Shown here piece by piece: positions 39,325-51,676 of a stretch of 64,000 nucleotides of DNA. This DNA is from Octopus bimaculoides. Its lineage: Eukaryota. The notes under the pieces were generated by a model. The model made no database searches. It had not been told where the DNA came from and saw only the letters and a list, made by a program, of their open reading frames with translations. The number at the start of each line of letters is the position of its first letter. The first letter of the stretch is position 1. The translations under genes were made by a program, and so were the position numbers. The stretch is taken from assembly GCF_001194135.2 (NCBI RefSeq), contig NC_068992.1, positions 6,508,174-6,572,173 on the forward strand, written 5' to 3'.

Positions 39325-39942
39325 TACGTATTCAGCGTGCCTCCGTGTTAGAGTGTGTGTGATTCTCAGTATATTGGTGGCTTAATATAATCCTTAGAGT
39401 TCGCGTTTAGATTATCACTGCAAATATGAGTTTGCGCAAACAGGCACGTGCCACTGTGTGTATGTGTGTGTGAACGGATGTATGTATGTTTGTATGTAAG
39501 TGTTAGGGTGTATATATGTAAGTATGTCTGTATGTATGTGTAAATGATGTGCGTTTGTTTGGTCGTTTTTTTTCTCGTTTTGCAAATTGCTGGGCCGCCC
39601 CCTGTGTGTTCGCCTGATTTTCAGTATATGAGTTTAAAAAAAACGGTGATAATCCGCTTAATGTAATTAGTACAGAAAGTCCCAAGCTTGTTTGTGATTT
39701 AGTACGATTAACGAACACGCAATAGACACTAGTTTAATACTAGCCGCACCAGCTAACATATCACTCACGTTGGTTTACAATAATTTTTGCAGGTTAACCA
39801 AAAAAACAAAAGCAAATTTATTCAATCATCAACTTTGTGTTATTTTCTTTTGTGGATTGTTTTTGTTTGTTTCTTTTATTTTGACTTATGTCTCGTTCTG
39901 TCTCATTTATTTTATTCGCCAGCTCTTGTTCTATATACAAGT

Positions 39943-40005
<63 letters not shown>

Positions 40006-40049
40006 ATATGTGTGTATATTATGTATATGTATTTATACATATATATTTG

Positions 40050-40080
<31 letters not shown>

Positions 40081-40281
40081 GCGTACGTGTGCGCATGCGC
40101 ACGCATATGTATAAAAGCGCATAGATACGTGTGTGCGTGTGTGTGTGTGTGTGTATGTGTGTGTAACGCCTCCAGTAATTCTTGCTTTATACCACATTTT
40201 CCCTCGTCTAGTTTCGATTAAATTTTTATTCTGAAAGATATTTTTCTTTTTTTTGTTGTTTCTCAAATGATTATCGTAATG

Positions 40282-40312
<31 letters not shown>

Positions 40313-40320
40313 GTAGTAGC

Positions 40321-40366
<46 letters not shown>

Positions 40367-40563
40367 GTAGTAGTGGTAGTAGTAGTAGTATTTTACCCTC
40401 ACTGCGCCAGTAGTCTGCAAGATCAGTAAACTGAACTTATTCTCTCCTTTCTTTATCATTTCTAATCTCTTTATTTCCAATTCTTACACCACCCCGCCCA
40501 TCACACTCTTTTTAATTTTCAATAAAAAGAAATTAATGTAAACAACAATTTTCAACTCTACTA

Positions 40564-40607
<44 letters not shown>

Positions 40608-41357
40608 TTCTCTTTCTCTATCTATCTATCTATATCTCTCTATCTCTCTATCTCTCTATCTATCTATATATTTATCTATCTCTAATTTTTATAACTAAAT
40701 CTATTATTTTCTCCTCCTCCTTTTTTCATTTTGATTCTTCAAATCTCTATAAATCTCCTCCTGTGTGTATGAGTGCATTTGTGTGTATCCCCCCCTCTCT
40801 CTATTTTAATCCTCCATTTTAGACTTTTATTCCTCCTCCTCCCTCTCTCTTATATTTTATCTTCTTAACTTCCTTCCATTTCTCCACCTCGCTCGTCCGT
40901 TCCATCTTCATCGTCTTCTCCACCATCTCCTTCTTCGACGTAGCCTCCTCATTTTTATTACTATCCCATTCCGCTTACATAATTTTCCTTACACGGCTTT
41001 ATTTTTCACAACCGACAGTTGCTCTGGTTCCATAAACTTTCCAAAACCTGTCTGATCATCCTATTAACTCATTTAACTTTACTTCTGTTCGATCGCCTAA
41101 TCCATCTTCCAATTTGCACAGTACTTTGTGTTATATTGATACGACTCCAAACAATCCACTGCCGTTCTCCGCCTCTATATCTATCTGCACATTTGATGGC
41201 AGGAAGTAAGAAGTAAGGAATTTAGTGAATATGTTTTACATTGAGTGACACGTAAGAGAAAGGATTAAAAAATATACAGTATGTTGGATTGGGAAAGCTC
41301 TTGGTCGAAGAAAACATTGCAGCGTTGAGAACAATCAGTAAAGGAAACAATGTAAAT

Positions 41358-41501
41358 GGGCGGTTCTGTGGTAAAACGTTTGCTCCCCGACCTCACGGTT
41401 CTGGTTCAGTCCCACTGCTCGGCACCTTGGATAACGCCTACTTCTATAGCCTCGGACTGACCAAAACTTCCTGAGTGGATTTGGTAAACGAAAACTGACA
41501 G

Positions 41502-41544
<43 letters not shown>

Positions 41545-41880
41545 NNNNNNNNNNNNNNNNNNNNNNNNNNNNNNNNNNNNNNNNNNNNNNNNNNNNNNNN
41601 NNNNNNNNNNNNNNNNNNNNNNNNNNNNNNNNNNNNNNNNNNNNNNNNNNNNNNNNNNNNNNNNNNNNNNNNNNNNNNNNNNNNNNNNNNNNNNNNNNNN
41701 NGTCTGTTTACGTCCCGGTAACTTAGCGATTCGGCAAAAGAGAACGATAGAGTAACTGCTAGGTTAAAAAAAACTAATTATAAGTCCTGGGGTTGATTTG
41801 TTCGAATAAAACCCTTCAAGGTGATGCCCCAGCATGGCTGCAGTCAAATGACTGAAACAAGTAAAAAATGAAAGATAAAG
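41358..41880 (+). mobile_element. SINE family B with internal (TG)n and a gap
   Basis: GGTTCAGTCCCACTGCTCGGCACCTTGG...GAGTGGATTTGGTAAACGAAAACTGA-(TG)n-N-...CCCCAGCATGGCTGCAGTCAAATGACTGAAACAAGTAAAA. Confidence 0.85.
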
Positions 41881-41916
41881 ATGTGTATGTGAGCGCACGC
41901 GTATGTGTGTGTGAGT

Positions 41917-41961
<45 letters not shown>

Positions 41962-41977
41962 TGTGTATGTATTATGT

Positions 41978-42205
41978 CTTTCATTTGTGTTTGTCTCCAT
42001 TCCCACCGCGTGACAACCGGTGTTGGTTTGTTTACATGCCCTTAAAATAGCGGTTCGTCAAAACTGGCCGATAGAATAAGTACCAAGTTTAGAAGCAAAA
42101 TAAGTCCTGGGATCGATTAGTTCTGCTAAAGTTATTCAAGGCGATGCCCCAGTATGATCACAGTCGAATGCCTGGAACGAGTAAAAGACAGAAAAGATAA
42201 AAGAT
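41978..42205 (+). mobile_element. SINE family B, 3' half
   Basis: ACCGCGTGACAACCGGTGTTGG...CCGATAGAATAAGTACCAAG...AATAAGTCCTGGGATCGAT, preceded by (TG)n. Confidence 0.8.
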
Positions 42206-43937
42206 GAAGAACGAGAAAGAAGAATTCCGTTAAATGAAACGGGATGGAGTGTCAGATGTGATATGGAAACAATAAATGGTTTTTCAATTTAGGGACCAGG
42301 CCAGGAATTCTAAGAGGAAGGCATTAGTCGATATAATTGACTCCAGTACTTGACTGGTATTTTATCTTATCTCCTCCATATCGATAACTCTTCTGATCTT
42401 TCCGCCTATCCGTTGAACTTATCGACACAGATTACATCTTATACGATATTGCTTGCAGTTTTCCTTTATATATGCATACATACATACATACATATATATN
42501 NNNNNNNNNNNNNNNNNNNNNNNNNNNNNNNNNNNNNNNNNNNNNNNNNNNNNNNNNNNNNNNNNNNNNNNNNNNNNNNNNNNNNNNNNNNNNNNNNNNN
42601 NNNNNNNNNNNNNNNNNNNNNNNNNNNNNNNNNNNNNNNNNNNNNNNNNNNNNNNNNNNNNNNNNNNNNNNNNNNNNNNNNNNNNNNNNNNNNNNNNNNN
42701 ATATATACACACACTATAAACCGTTTGATGTACATCAATACATGTATAATAAACACATACCGAATCTATTTACTAGTTAGTTCCAATATTAGATTGACAT
42801 GTATGCTGTTTTATGTGCCTGCTACTCATGTGTATGCATGTATGTATGGCTGGCTGACTGGCTGGCTGGCTGGCTGGCTGGATGGATGGATGGATGGATG
42901 GATGGATGGATGGATGGGTGGATGGATGGATAGTTCCTCTTCTGCTAAAGCTCTTCAAAGCCGTACCCCATAAGGCCGCAGACGGATGAGTGAAAGCAGT
43001 AAAAGAGAGAAAAGATAAAAATGAAGAAAAAAGAAAAATCAAGAATTCCGTTAGATGAAACGGTTGGGGGTGTCAGGTGGAAACACTAAACGGTTTTCCA
43101 ATTTAGCGACAAGGCCAGGATTTCTAAGGGAAGATATTAGTCGATATCATTGAGCCCGGTACTTGACTGGTATTTTATGTTATCGTTCCCGAAAGAGTAC
43201 AACGCAAAACTAATTTCGGCGGGATTTGAACACAAGATACGGAGTCAGAAAAGTCCCCTCGAAGTTTCCGATGCTTAAACTATTTCTGCTAGCTCGCTGG
43301 AAACAAGGTAAAATAATGATAACAATAATAATAACTATTGTGGAGCTTGTGGATTTTTTATTTTATTTTATTTCTTATGTTGTATCTTATGTTGTATCTT
43401 ATGAGGGGTATTTTTGTCTGTAAAACACGTGCATTGACAAAATCGTTAGAGTGTTGGAAAAAATGCTTTGCAATATTTGTTCCGGGTCTATGTTCTGAAT
43501 TCAAACATCGCCGAGTTCAACTTTGCGTTCCACCCTTTTCCAGGTCGATATGATATAGTACCAGTCCAGTAGTGGTGCCGTTCGTTTCAACTAACACCAC
43601 TCCTCACCCACCCCAAAAATATTGGTGGTCTGGTGCTTAAGTCAGAAAGAATTCCGAGTCAACTTGCTAATTAATTAACCAATTAACAAATCGAATATTC
43701 GATAAATAGTTGAATCGATCAATCTGTCAGTTAGTTTGTGAGAGTCTTTTCTATGTCGTTCGTGACTTTACCGATGATGTATCCTCGTTATTCCAGGTCT
43801 GTCACGTTGTAACCAAATTTTCTTTCTATGTGAAACATAGATTTATAGATCTTCACATTATATCTTGTTTTATCAATATTGTTCCATAGCCACCGTTGTT
43901 TAGACTATAACTTACGAACAGCTTCATACGCAGAAAA

Positions 43938-44133
43938 ATATTCTTTTCTACTCTAGACACAAGGCCCGAAATTTTTGGGGAAGAGTCCAGTCGATTGGAT
44001 CGACCCAGTACGCAACTGGTACTTAATTTATCGACCCCGAAAGGATGAAAGGCAAAATCGACCTCGGTGGAATTTGAACTTCGAGGGTAAGCATTTCGCT
44101 CGGCGTGCAAAAGTTTCTGCCAGCTCACCGCCT
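43938..44133 (-). mobile_element. SINE family C; older C copies at about 43080-43280 (-) and 43440-43650 (+)
   Basis: CTGGTACTTAATTTATCGACCCCGAAAGGATGAAAGGCAAAATCGACCTCGGTGGAATTTGAACT...CTGCCAGCTCACCGCC. Confidence 0.88.
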
Positions 44134-44639
44134 AATGCCAGAAACGGATGTGAGATCTTACAATGAAAAATTACAATACAAAGGATGTTTACAAAATGTA
44201 TAGGAAACTTATATGAGCAGACCTGTGTTCAACGGCATTCTAACCGTGACCATCTCTTTTTCTTATTTTTCTTATGCGTAAATAACCTTCGGCCAGATTA
44301 TCCTACTTACCCATTTCTACAACGATAGGGTGTGTGATTGGAGGCTGATATTTCTTGTAGGCTGACTGAACTTGTAGAGGCTTCGGAATCTGGCTTATAG
44401 AGTAAACTTATTCAACCAGGGAATACGTGACAATTTACGCCAAGTTTTAATCAAATTTATAGAAGAACAGCACTCTTCTTTCATACTTAGCTTCTTCAAG
44501 TAGTACTTGAAGCAAATTGCAAGGACAGATCTGGGGAAGAAATGTGCAGTCATTATTCCTTTCTCTATTATTCTTCACGCTAACTCTTTCGCTATGGCCT
44601 TAACAAAGATGAAAATTATCTACTATTCTCTCTAAAGAA

Positions 44640-45230
44640 GGCAGTGAAGTGATTTTTATGACGGACACGGCAGAGATACAGATTCGTTCGACTTGCGATA
44701 TAACACAAGTCGGCAATCTTTGGACACAGAACGAATGCATGCAATTCTATACACACCTCGGATACGCCCAGCACATCAGCTGTAAATGAAGTATTTATTA
44801 CCCACTGGAAATGTTGAAAGTAGCATCCGAGAAAGACCACTCAGTTGATCTTCGATAATGCTTAGATTATACCACCAGAGCATCACCGGTTTCTGCACAT
44901 CAGTAGTCTTCTGCTGAATACTTGAGAAGTGCGGACACTTTGAATGATTTCTGATATTAGACGCCCAATATTGGTTTACGCTTGACCCAGGACAGCAATT
45001 CCATCAAGAAATATTCTATGGAAAAACTAACCTAATACAAATTCACTATTAAAGAACCATGAACCTTCTAGCCGGTGCAATCCATCCATTCAACAGGAAG
45101 CGAAAGAGCAGACACTCCAATGTACTTAGATGTCGTATGGGTCAAGGCTTGACTGTCAGAATGATAATAGATTACTAAAGTGAAGTGAAGATAGGCACCA
45201 ATGCGCGGATTTAGTAGTTAAGGAGAATTA
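44640..45230 (+). pseudogene. Probable APE-endonuclease relic of an RTE-like LINE (heavily decayed)
   Basis: Ordered fragments in shifting frames: QVGNLWT (44706), IMLRL (44855), MNLLAGAIHPFNRKRKSR (45059), YLDVVWVK. These recall RTE APE motifs (VGNGWT, RIM.., NL...N..F.KR, LDYILV). Similarity judged by eye only. Confidence 0.35.
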
Positions 45231-45439
45231 TGACATATATTGATTGTATTTTGATAGATTTCATACACAGATATACTTACACGCTCGCACACACATGAAT
45301 GTATTGGTGTGTCTGCATGCGTGTGTTTAGGCACAAGACTACGATCTGCAATCGGGGGTGGGGTATAGTCTATTTAAATAACTTGACTAAGTGACTGCTG
45401 TTTGCTTTGCCGATGCTGGATGATTAAAAAAGGAAGTCA

Positions 45440-45441
<2 letters not shown>

Positions 45442-45508
<67 letters not shown>

Positions 45509-45697
45509 CCTTTCTACAATAGGCACAAGGCCTGAAATTGGGGGAGGAGATAGTCGATTACATCGACCCCACTGCTCGACTAGTACTTTTTTTCATCGCC
45601 CCCGAAAGGATGAAAGGCAAAGTCGACCTCGGTAGACGGACGAAATGCCGTTAAGCATTTTGCTCGGCGAGCTTAACGATTCTGCCAGCTCACCGCG
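45442..45697 (-). mobile_element. SINE family C with a long (TAA)n tail; a second deleted C copy at 45712-45880
   Basis: (TAA)n 45442-45508 abuts CCTTTCTACAATAGGCACAAGGCCTGAAATT; core CCCCGAAAGGATGAAAGGCAAAGTCGACCTCGG; head CTGCCAGCTCACCGC. Confidence 0.88.
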
Positions 45698-47364
45698 TTT
45701 AAAATATTGATTTTAAATTTTGGCACCAGGCAGTGATTTCGGAGGAGGGGGTAGGTCGATTACATGAACTCCAATATTCAGCAGGTAATTATTTTGCCGA
45801 CCCTGGCGGAATTTGAACTCAGAACGTAATGACGGACGAAACGCCGCTATTTCGCACGGCGTGCTAACGATTCTGTCAGCACAAGATCCACATATAAATA
45901 TCTAAATAAATGGACTCATAAACATATGCAACATTCAGAAAGTAACACTACGAGGCACTCGTTGAATACTTTAAATAAGAAAAAAATCACAAAAAGAAAA
46001 CAAGACATTGCACATACCAAAGACGTATAGAGCTGCGAATCTGCATTTTAGGGAAATCACGCAATAAAAATATGACTAGCGCAAAGTAAAATAATCATGG
46101 CAATAGTAATAATATGTTTATGCGCCACAGGAGCAAAACAAATACAAAACATTTATACAAGCGAGGATAAGTATTTAGTACACAACAGATGTTATACATA
46201 CATACATACATACATACATACATACATGCATGCATACATAGATACAGAAAGAAAGAAAGAAAGCAAGAAAGAGAGACATGCAACCACTCGTTCCCAACTA
46301 CACATCTGTCTATCGGTCTGTTTGTCAGTCTGTCTATGTATGTATGTATGCATATATAGTTCAAATTTATAGAAAAACAAAAACGAAGACAGGTGTAGAA
46401 ACAACAAGTAAGTGTATTAATTTGATGTTCGGGAAAAATGGAAAGTCTTTTACGTTTCGAGCTTACGCTCTGCGACAAAAAGGAATAAGAGGAAGTAAAT
46501 AGAGAAAGAATGAAAGAAAACGTGTTTGAGTTCAGTGGTCCAACACACACACACACTCACATACACACACAGGCACACACAACGTAAAAGTGCTAGCAAT
46601 TTCCTTATTAGAAAGTATTGTTGACACAACAAACACACACACGCATACACATCTACATCACACAGTTGTATATGTCTTTTTCTTTTGCTGCATCGCACTC
46701 AAAACAACAACACTTTCTTTATCTTCTTCACCTCCTGACGAAGTGCAAAGCCCGAAGCGTTAAATTCTTTACTCCTCACAGCAACCAAACTTATCAAAAT
46801 CCGGTGCGAATTCTCTTGTGTGTCTGTTCGTTAGTTTTATTTATACACAGATTAAATTTTGTTGTGGTTTATTGACTGCTGTTTTTATTAGGAATGCAAA
46901 TATACAAATTGCTTTTCCGAATACAATTCTCAATTAAAGTAACGTATTTTTCCATCTGAGAACAATACGTAGGTTGAGACCAACAAATGAGTGGCTACTA
47001 GAATCGCTTGACCTGCTAGACACATGAGCTAAATGTCCTTCCAATCACACCTCATTTTTTCCATCTTAGCGAACTGGAGTAACGTGAAATGAAGTGTTTT
47101 GCTCAAGAACACAATGTGTCGCCTGGTCCAGGCATTTCAGTGAAAATAGTGACCAAAGCGCACATGTCTTTCGCAACTGTCCATGACTCAACAGCTCGGT
47201 TAAGCAGAGGTAAAAGACATCATTTGCAGTCGATATCGCATTCAGAACTCGATTGGTACCTATTATTATATCAACCCACTAACTCGACTAAAGTTAAAAT
47301 CAAAGTCAATCCGACATCGGTGGGATTTAAGATCAGAACGTAAAAAGCCCCGTAACTAATTATT

Positions 47365-47580
47365 GGTTTCAGATTTTAGCACAAGGCCAGCAAGTTCTGG
47401 AAGGGGTTTTAGTCGATTATACCGCCCCCAATGTTTGACGGGTACGCTTTTTATCGACCACGAAAGAATGAAAGGCAAAGTTGATATGGATGGAACTTTA
47501 ACTCAGAATGTAAAAGACGTACAAAATTCCCCTAAGCATTTTTTCCGGCATACTAACCATTCTACCAGCTCACCGCCTTT
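47365..47580 (-). mobile_element. SINE family C, diverged
   Basis: GCACAAGGCCAGCAAG...TTTTATCGACCACGAAAGAATGAAAGGCAAAGTTGA...CTACCAGCTCACCGCC. Confidence 0.8.
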
Positions 47581-48448
47581 CCATAACAAAATATTGATAT
47601 CGTACCTAGATACATTTTAAATTTGAGGAAAGGAATAGATAGGTACTTTATTACATCAATCTCTAAAAGAATGAAATACAAGTTTGTTAATAGCGGGATT
47701 TGAACTCACGCTGTAAAGAGGTAAAACTAATATTACGTCTGCCACCCACCCAGTTTCAAATCGATTCCCAGTTAGACGATTCTACTTCAATTTACTTCAC
47801 GACTGACTAGCTGCAGAGAGATAATTCAGGTGAAGTCGATAACGATGACATACTTAAACGAGACATGAAGCAGTGATAAAAATAGTGTTAATTAGAAGAT
47901 AGAGGGGAGAAGAAAGACACACACACCTACCAACAACAACAACGTGCGCGCACACACACACACACAGGCACAACAAAAAAAAGACAGAAAACAAAGGTAA
48001 GAACGATAAAAGCAGTCAATGGTTAAGTATTCTTGCAACAGATATGATGTAAGCAATCAGGATGATGAAGGAAAGTGACGAGTGCATCGAAAGCGAAATA
48101 GTCAATAATGGTGGCAGACATCCTAAGTCAGGAATTATACTACTTTAGACGTAGGCAGAGCTGTGTGGTTAAGAAGTTTACTTCGCAACCCCGTAGTTTC
48201 GTGTTCGGCGCTAATGCATGGTACTATAGACATGCATCATCTACTATAGACTCTGGTTAACCATCGCACATTTTAACTCATTCAAAAAAACGAGGAGGTG
48301 TTTATTGTAAAAATTTTCAATGACTAATACAAATAGATTAAATTAGAGCTATGATTGCGTCTACGTAAAAAAAAAATAGCATGGAAACAGAAGCATGTTG
48401 AATATATATATATATATACAAACATACATACAACATATATATACATAC

Positions 48449-48489
<41 letters not shown>

Positions 48490-49936
48490 ATATGTATATA
48501 TATATATATACATATATATATACATACACACACAATTATATANNNNNNNNNNNNNNNNNNNNNNNNNNNNNNNNNNNNNNNNNNNNNNNNNNNNNNNNNN
48601 NNNNNNNNNNNNNNNNNNNNNNNNNNNNNNNNNNNNNNNNNNNNNNNNTGTATGAATGTATGTATCCTTGTGTACATTAGCAAGAAAATCGGTAAACCGG
48701 TACTTTCGAATAAAAACATTTTGTGGTGTTTGTTCTATTCGAGGGTAAACACGATAAATAAACGAATCACTGGTTGGCCTATGGGCAAACCTACAGGCAA
48801 CAACGCTGTCGCTCACAAAATTTGCTTTAAAATTAAATAGATAAATAATGAAATAAATAGATTAACAGACGTAATGGATTTAGCAGTTATAATAATGGTT
48901 CGTTGCAAAGAATATTTTAGCATTCGGTTTTATTGATTTCTGCAAAGCTTTGATCTAAGGCAATTAGTCTATAACTTTCCCGTCTTTTTCCCGTTCTTGT
49001 CATATTACGTTATCCAACATGTACCATCTTTAAATCAAGGGTTATCAACCGAATCCGTAGTTATGGGCAAATCGCAGCTTGCGGGACTATCTAAATGGCA
49101 CGCCTAACGAAACTTAAACTTCTTGTTTTGTCATTTAGTTTGAGGCCCACCTTGTGTTGAACCATGTCTTATATCGACTTCTTCACGAAAAAAGGTTGCT
49201 CGTGCCTGCTGCAGAGTTAACCTTATTGGATCTTTGTCATTGGTGTTCTTCAGCCTGAGATAAGCCGACATAATAGATCATTCAGTAGCATTGCTACTGT
49301 AACCATTTTTCTATTTTTAATATCAATGACTAGAGAGAGAGGGGAGAGGAGGGGGAGAGAGAGAGAGAGACAGACAGAGAGACAGAAAGAGAGAACGATA
49401 AAACGAAACGCAAAGCTAGGAATATTGTGCAATATGGATTAACATTGTAGAATGTAGTGAAGAAGATCCGCCTGGTATTTCTAGCGAATTGAGAGAAAAC
49501 GCAAAAGAGACCCGCTCATTGGGCGTAAAGTTTTCCTATTCCTTTTCTGTTTTTTTTCTTTTTTCTTAATTTTTACTCAACGGAAACTGTGTTGAAAATG
49601 CAAGAGACACGAAAGATTGTTTCAATAAATTAGCTAATTAACATACTGAATAAACAATGTGTTGTGCCTGTAAGTAATTATGTCAGCCTGTTTGGCTGAT
49701 TGCATTGCATACCTTGCCGGCTTTGCCTACTAAACAACCAGTCAGTCTCCTTAATCTTTCTGTCTGCCTAGATGTCAGTAAATAGACCTGCTATATCTGT
49801 CGAAATGACATCAACTCCCAGTCCTCCGTGCTAAAAGAGCTTACATGTCACTTAGACATCAAACAACATAAGTCCACACGCAGAGAAATGTTTTCAGCGA
49901 TGTGTTCTTCTTTTGCGCCTTTATCTATCTATCTAA

Positions 49937-49999
<63 letters not shown>

Positions 50000-50622
50000 C
50001 ATTTAAGTCTATCACTGCCTCCCTTTCTCTCTGTATATAAATATACTTGAAATATGTGTGCGTATACACACACATACAAACTCACAAACACACACATACA
50101 CATATTCATATGTGTGTATGTAAGTATATATATATAAATATATATGCTTGTATGTGTATGTATGTATATATGCACTCATGTAACCCCCCCCCTACACACA
50201 CACACACATACACCTGTTTATCCACATAATGCTAAGAAATGACCAACGAATACATTGTTCAGAGTTTTATATTCTTATGTTAACAATCGGTGATTCACTC
50301 TTCTTATTACTCAGAGTTTCACACAGACGTCAATTACCATTCATCATTATTCAGATGTACCTCTGATCACACACGTAATTCACGTAATGAACCAATGAAT
50401 CAGCAACTGTTTTCCATATGTATGCATGTGTGTGCGCATGTTTGTATGCATGTATGCAAGTATATATGCATGTATGTATGTGTGTGTATGTGTGTGTATG
50501 TATATATTTATATACATATACATACATATATACATACTTACACACACACGTATATATACAAACCAACGCACATATGTAAAGCGTGTACACACATGCACGC
50601 ACTCACGTATGTGTGTGTGTGT

Positions 50623-50712
<90 letters not shown>

Positions 50713-50721
50713 AGACAGACA

Positions 50722-50880
50722 TACGAGGGGTGCAGCAAAGTTCCTCGCTTTGGGTAAAAAATCTATATACTGGAGATAAAAGAACAAATACTGCAACGGT
50801 CCTTCAAATTTTCTAAGTCCTGTGAAAGAACACGAAATTTTGAGCCTCCTCCAGCCAGGCTTTTAACGACACACTCTCCG
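50722..50880. mobile_element. Mariner-type terminal fragment
   Basis: TA|CGAGGGGTGCAGCAAAGTTCCTCGCTTTGGGTAAAA resembles mariner TA-CGAGGG termini. The opposite TIR was not found. Confidence 0.55.
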
Positions 50881-51223
50881 TGTTTATATATACATTGCAT
50901 GTTTACCTGTAACAGTAAAGTACGCTGACCTGTCGCTGAAATTGACAAATATTTCGTTGTAGATTAATTTTAGCAAAGAAGCTTCGCGGATTATCAAAAA
51001 CTCTAGTTTCTGAGCGTAATATGTAGAAACATAAAGTCAGCGTTTCAGCGCCTGACATGAGAAAAATAAGTCCTACATAACAATAGATACACACGTTCTG
51101 TTCGATATTTGTAGTGTTCCTAGCTAGACGGAGTACTTTGTGGCAGTCAATGAATTATTCCACCTTACGCTCATCTTCAGTTTTCATCAGCTATAATTTC
51201 CGAGTCCTGTCACGGTCGTTTCC

Positions 51224-51276
<53 letters not shown>

Positions 51277-51300
51277 NNNNNNNNNNNNNNNNNNNNNNNN

Positions 51301-51348
<48 letters not shown>

Positions 51349-51464
51349 ACACACACAAACATTAATGTTTGTTCAATCAGTTATAATAAAACAATTTTAC
51401 ATTCGTTTGATGGTTTGTTCCGTAATTTTGTAGAGCACAAATTTATTATTCTTATACAAGAATG

Positions 51465-51676
51465 TTGTTGACAGTAACTTCGAAGTTTCGGTCAGTTAAG
51501 CCACCGTCGGGCTGCGACGCATTAGATTTAGTTTTACGTTTACCACCTCACTCAAACATCCATGCACAAAGATAATTTTTCACTCAACAGAGACTATATA
51601 AAAGAAAGACTAACTCTAATGCATTGCAGTCTGGCGATGGCTTAACTGATCGAAACTTCGAATTCACTATCAACAA
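51465..51676. ncRNA. Fold-back element whose arms are decayed minimal type-I hammerhead ribozyme motifs (Penelope pLTR-like)
   Basis: 66-bp arms (51465-51530, 51611-51676), 55/66 identical, 80-bp spacer. Arm consensus is GCAGT-CTGACGA-T-GG..CC-GAAA-CTTCGAAG-TC-ACTGT. Confidence 0.65.

Noticed and set aside
44780-45150. YYPLEM...RSAD...TPMYLDV resembling Argonaute PAZ/MID motifs
   Set aside because: Motif spacing is about 107 aa versus about 190 aa expected, and the APE-LINE interpretation fits the motif order better.
48075-48115. GTGACGAG-TGCAT-CGAAAG hammerhead-like text
   Set aside because: C3 is missing and stems I and III cannot form; likely chance.
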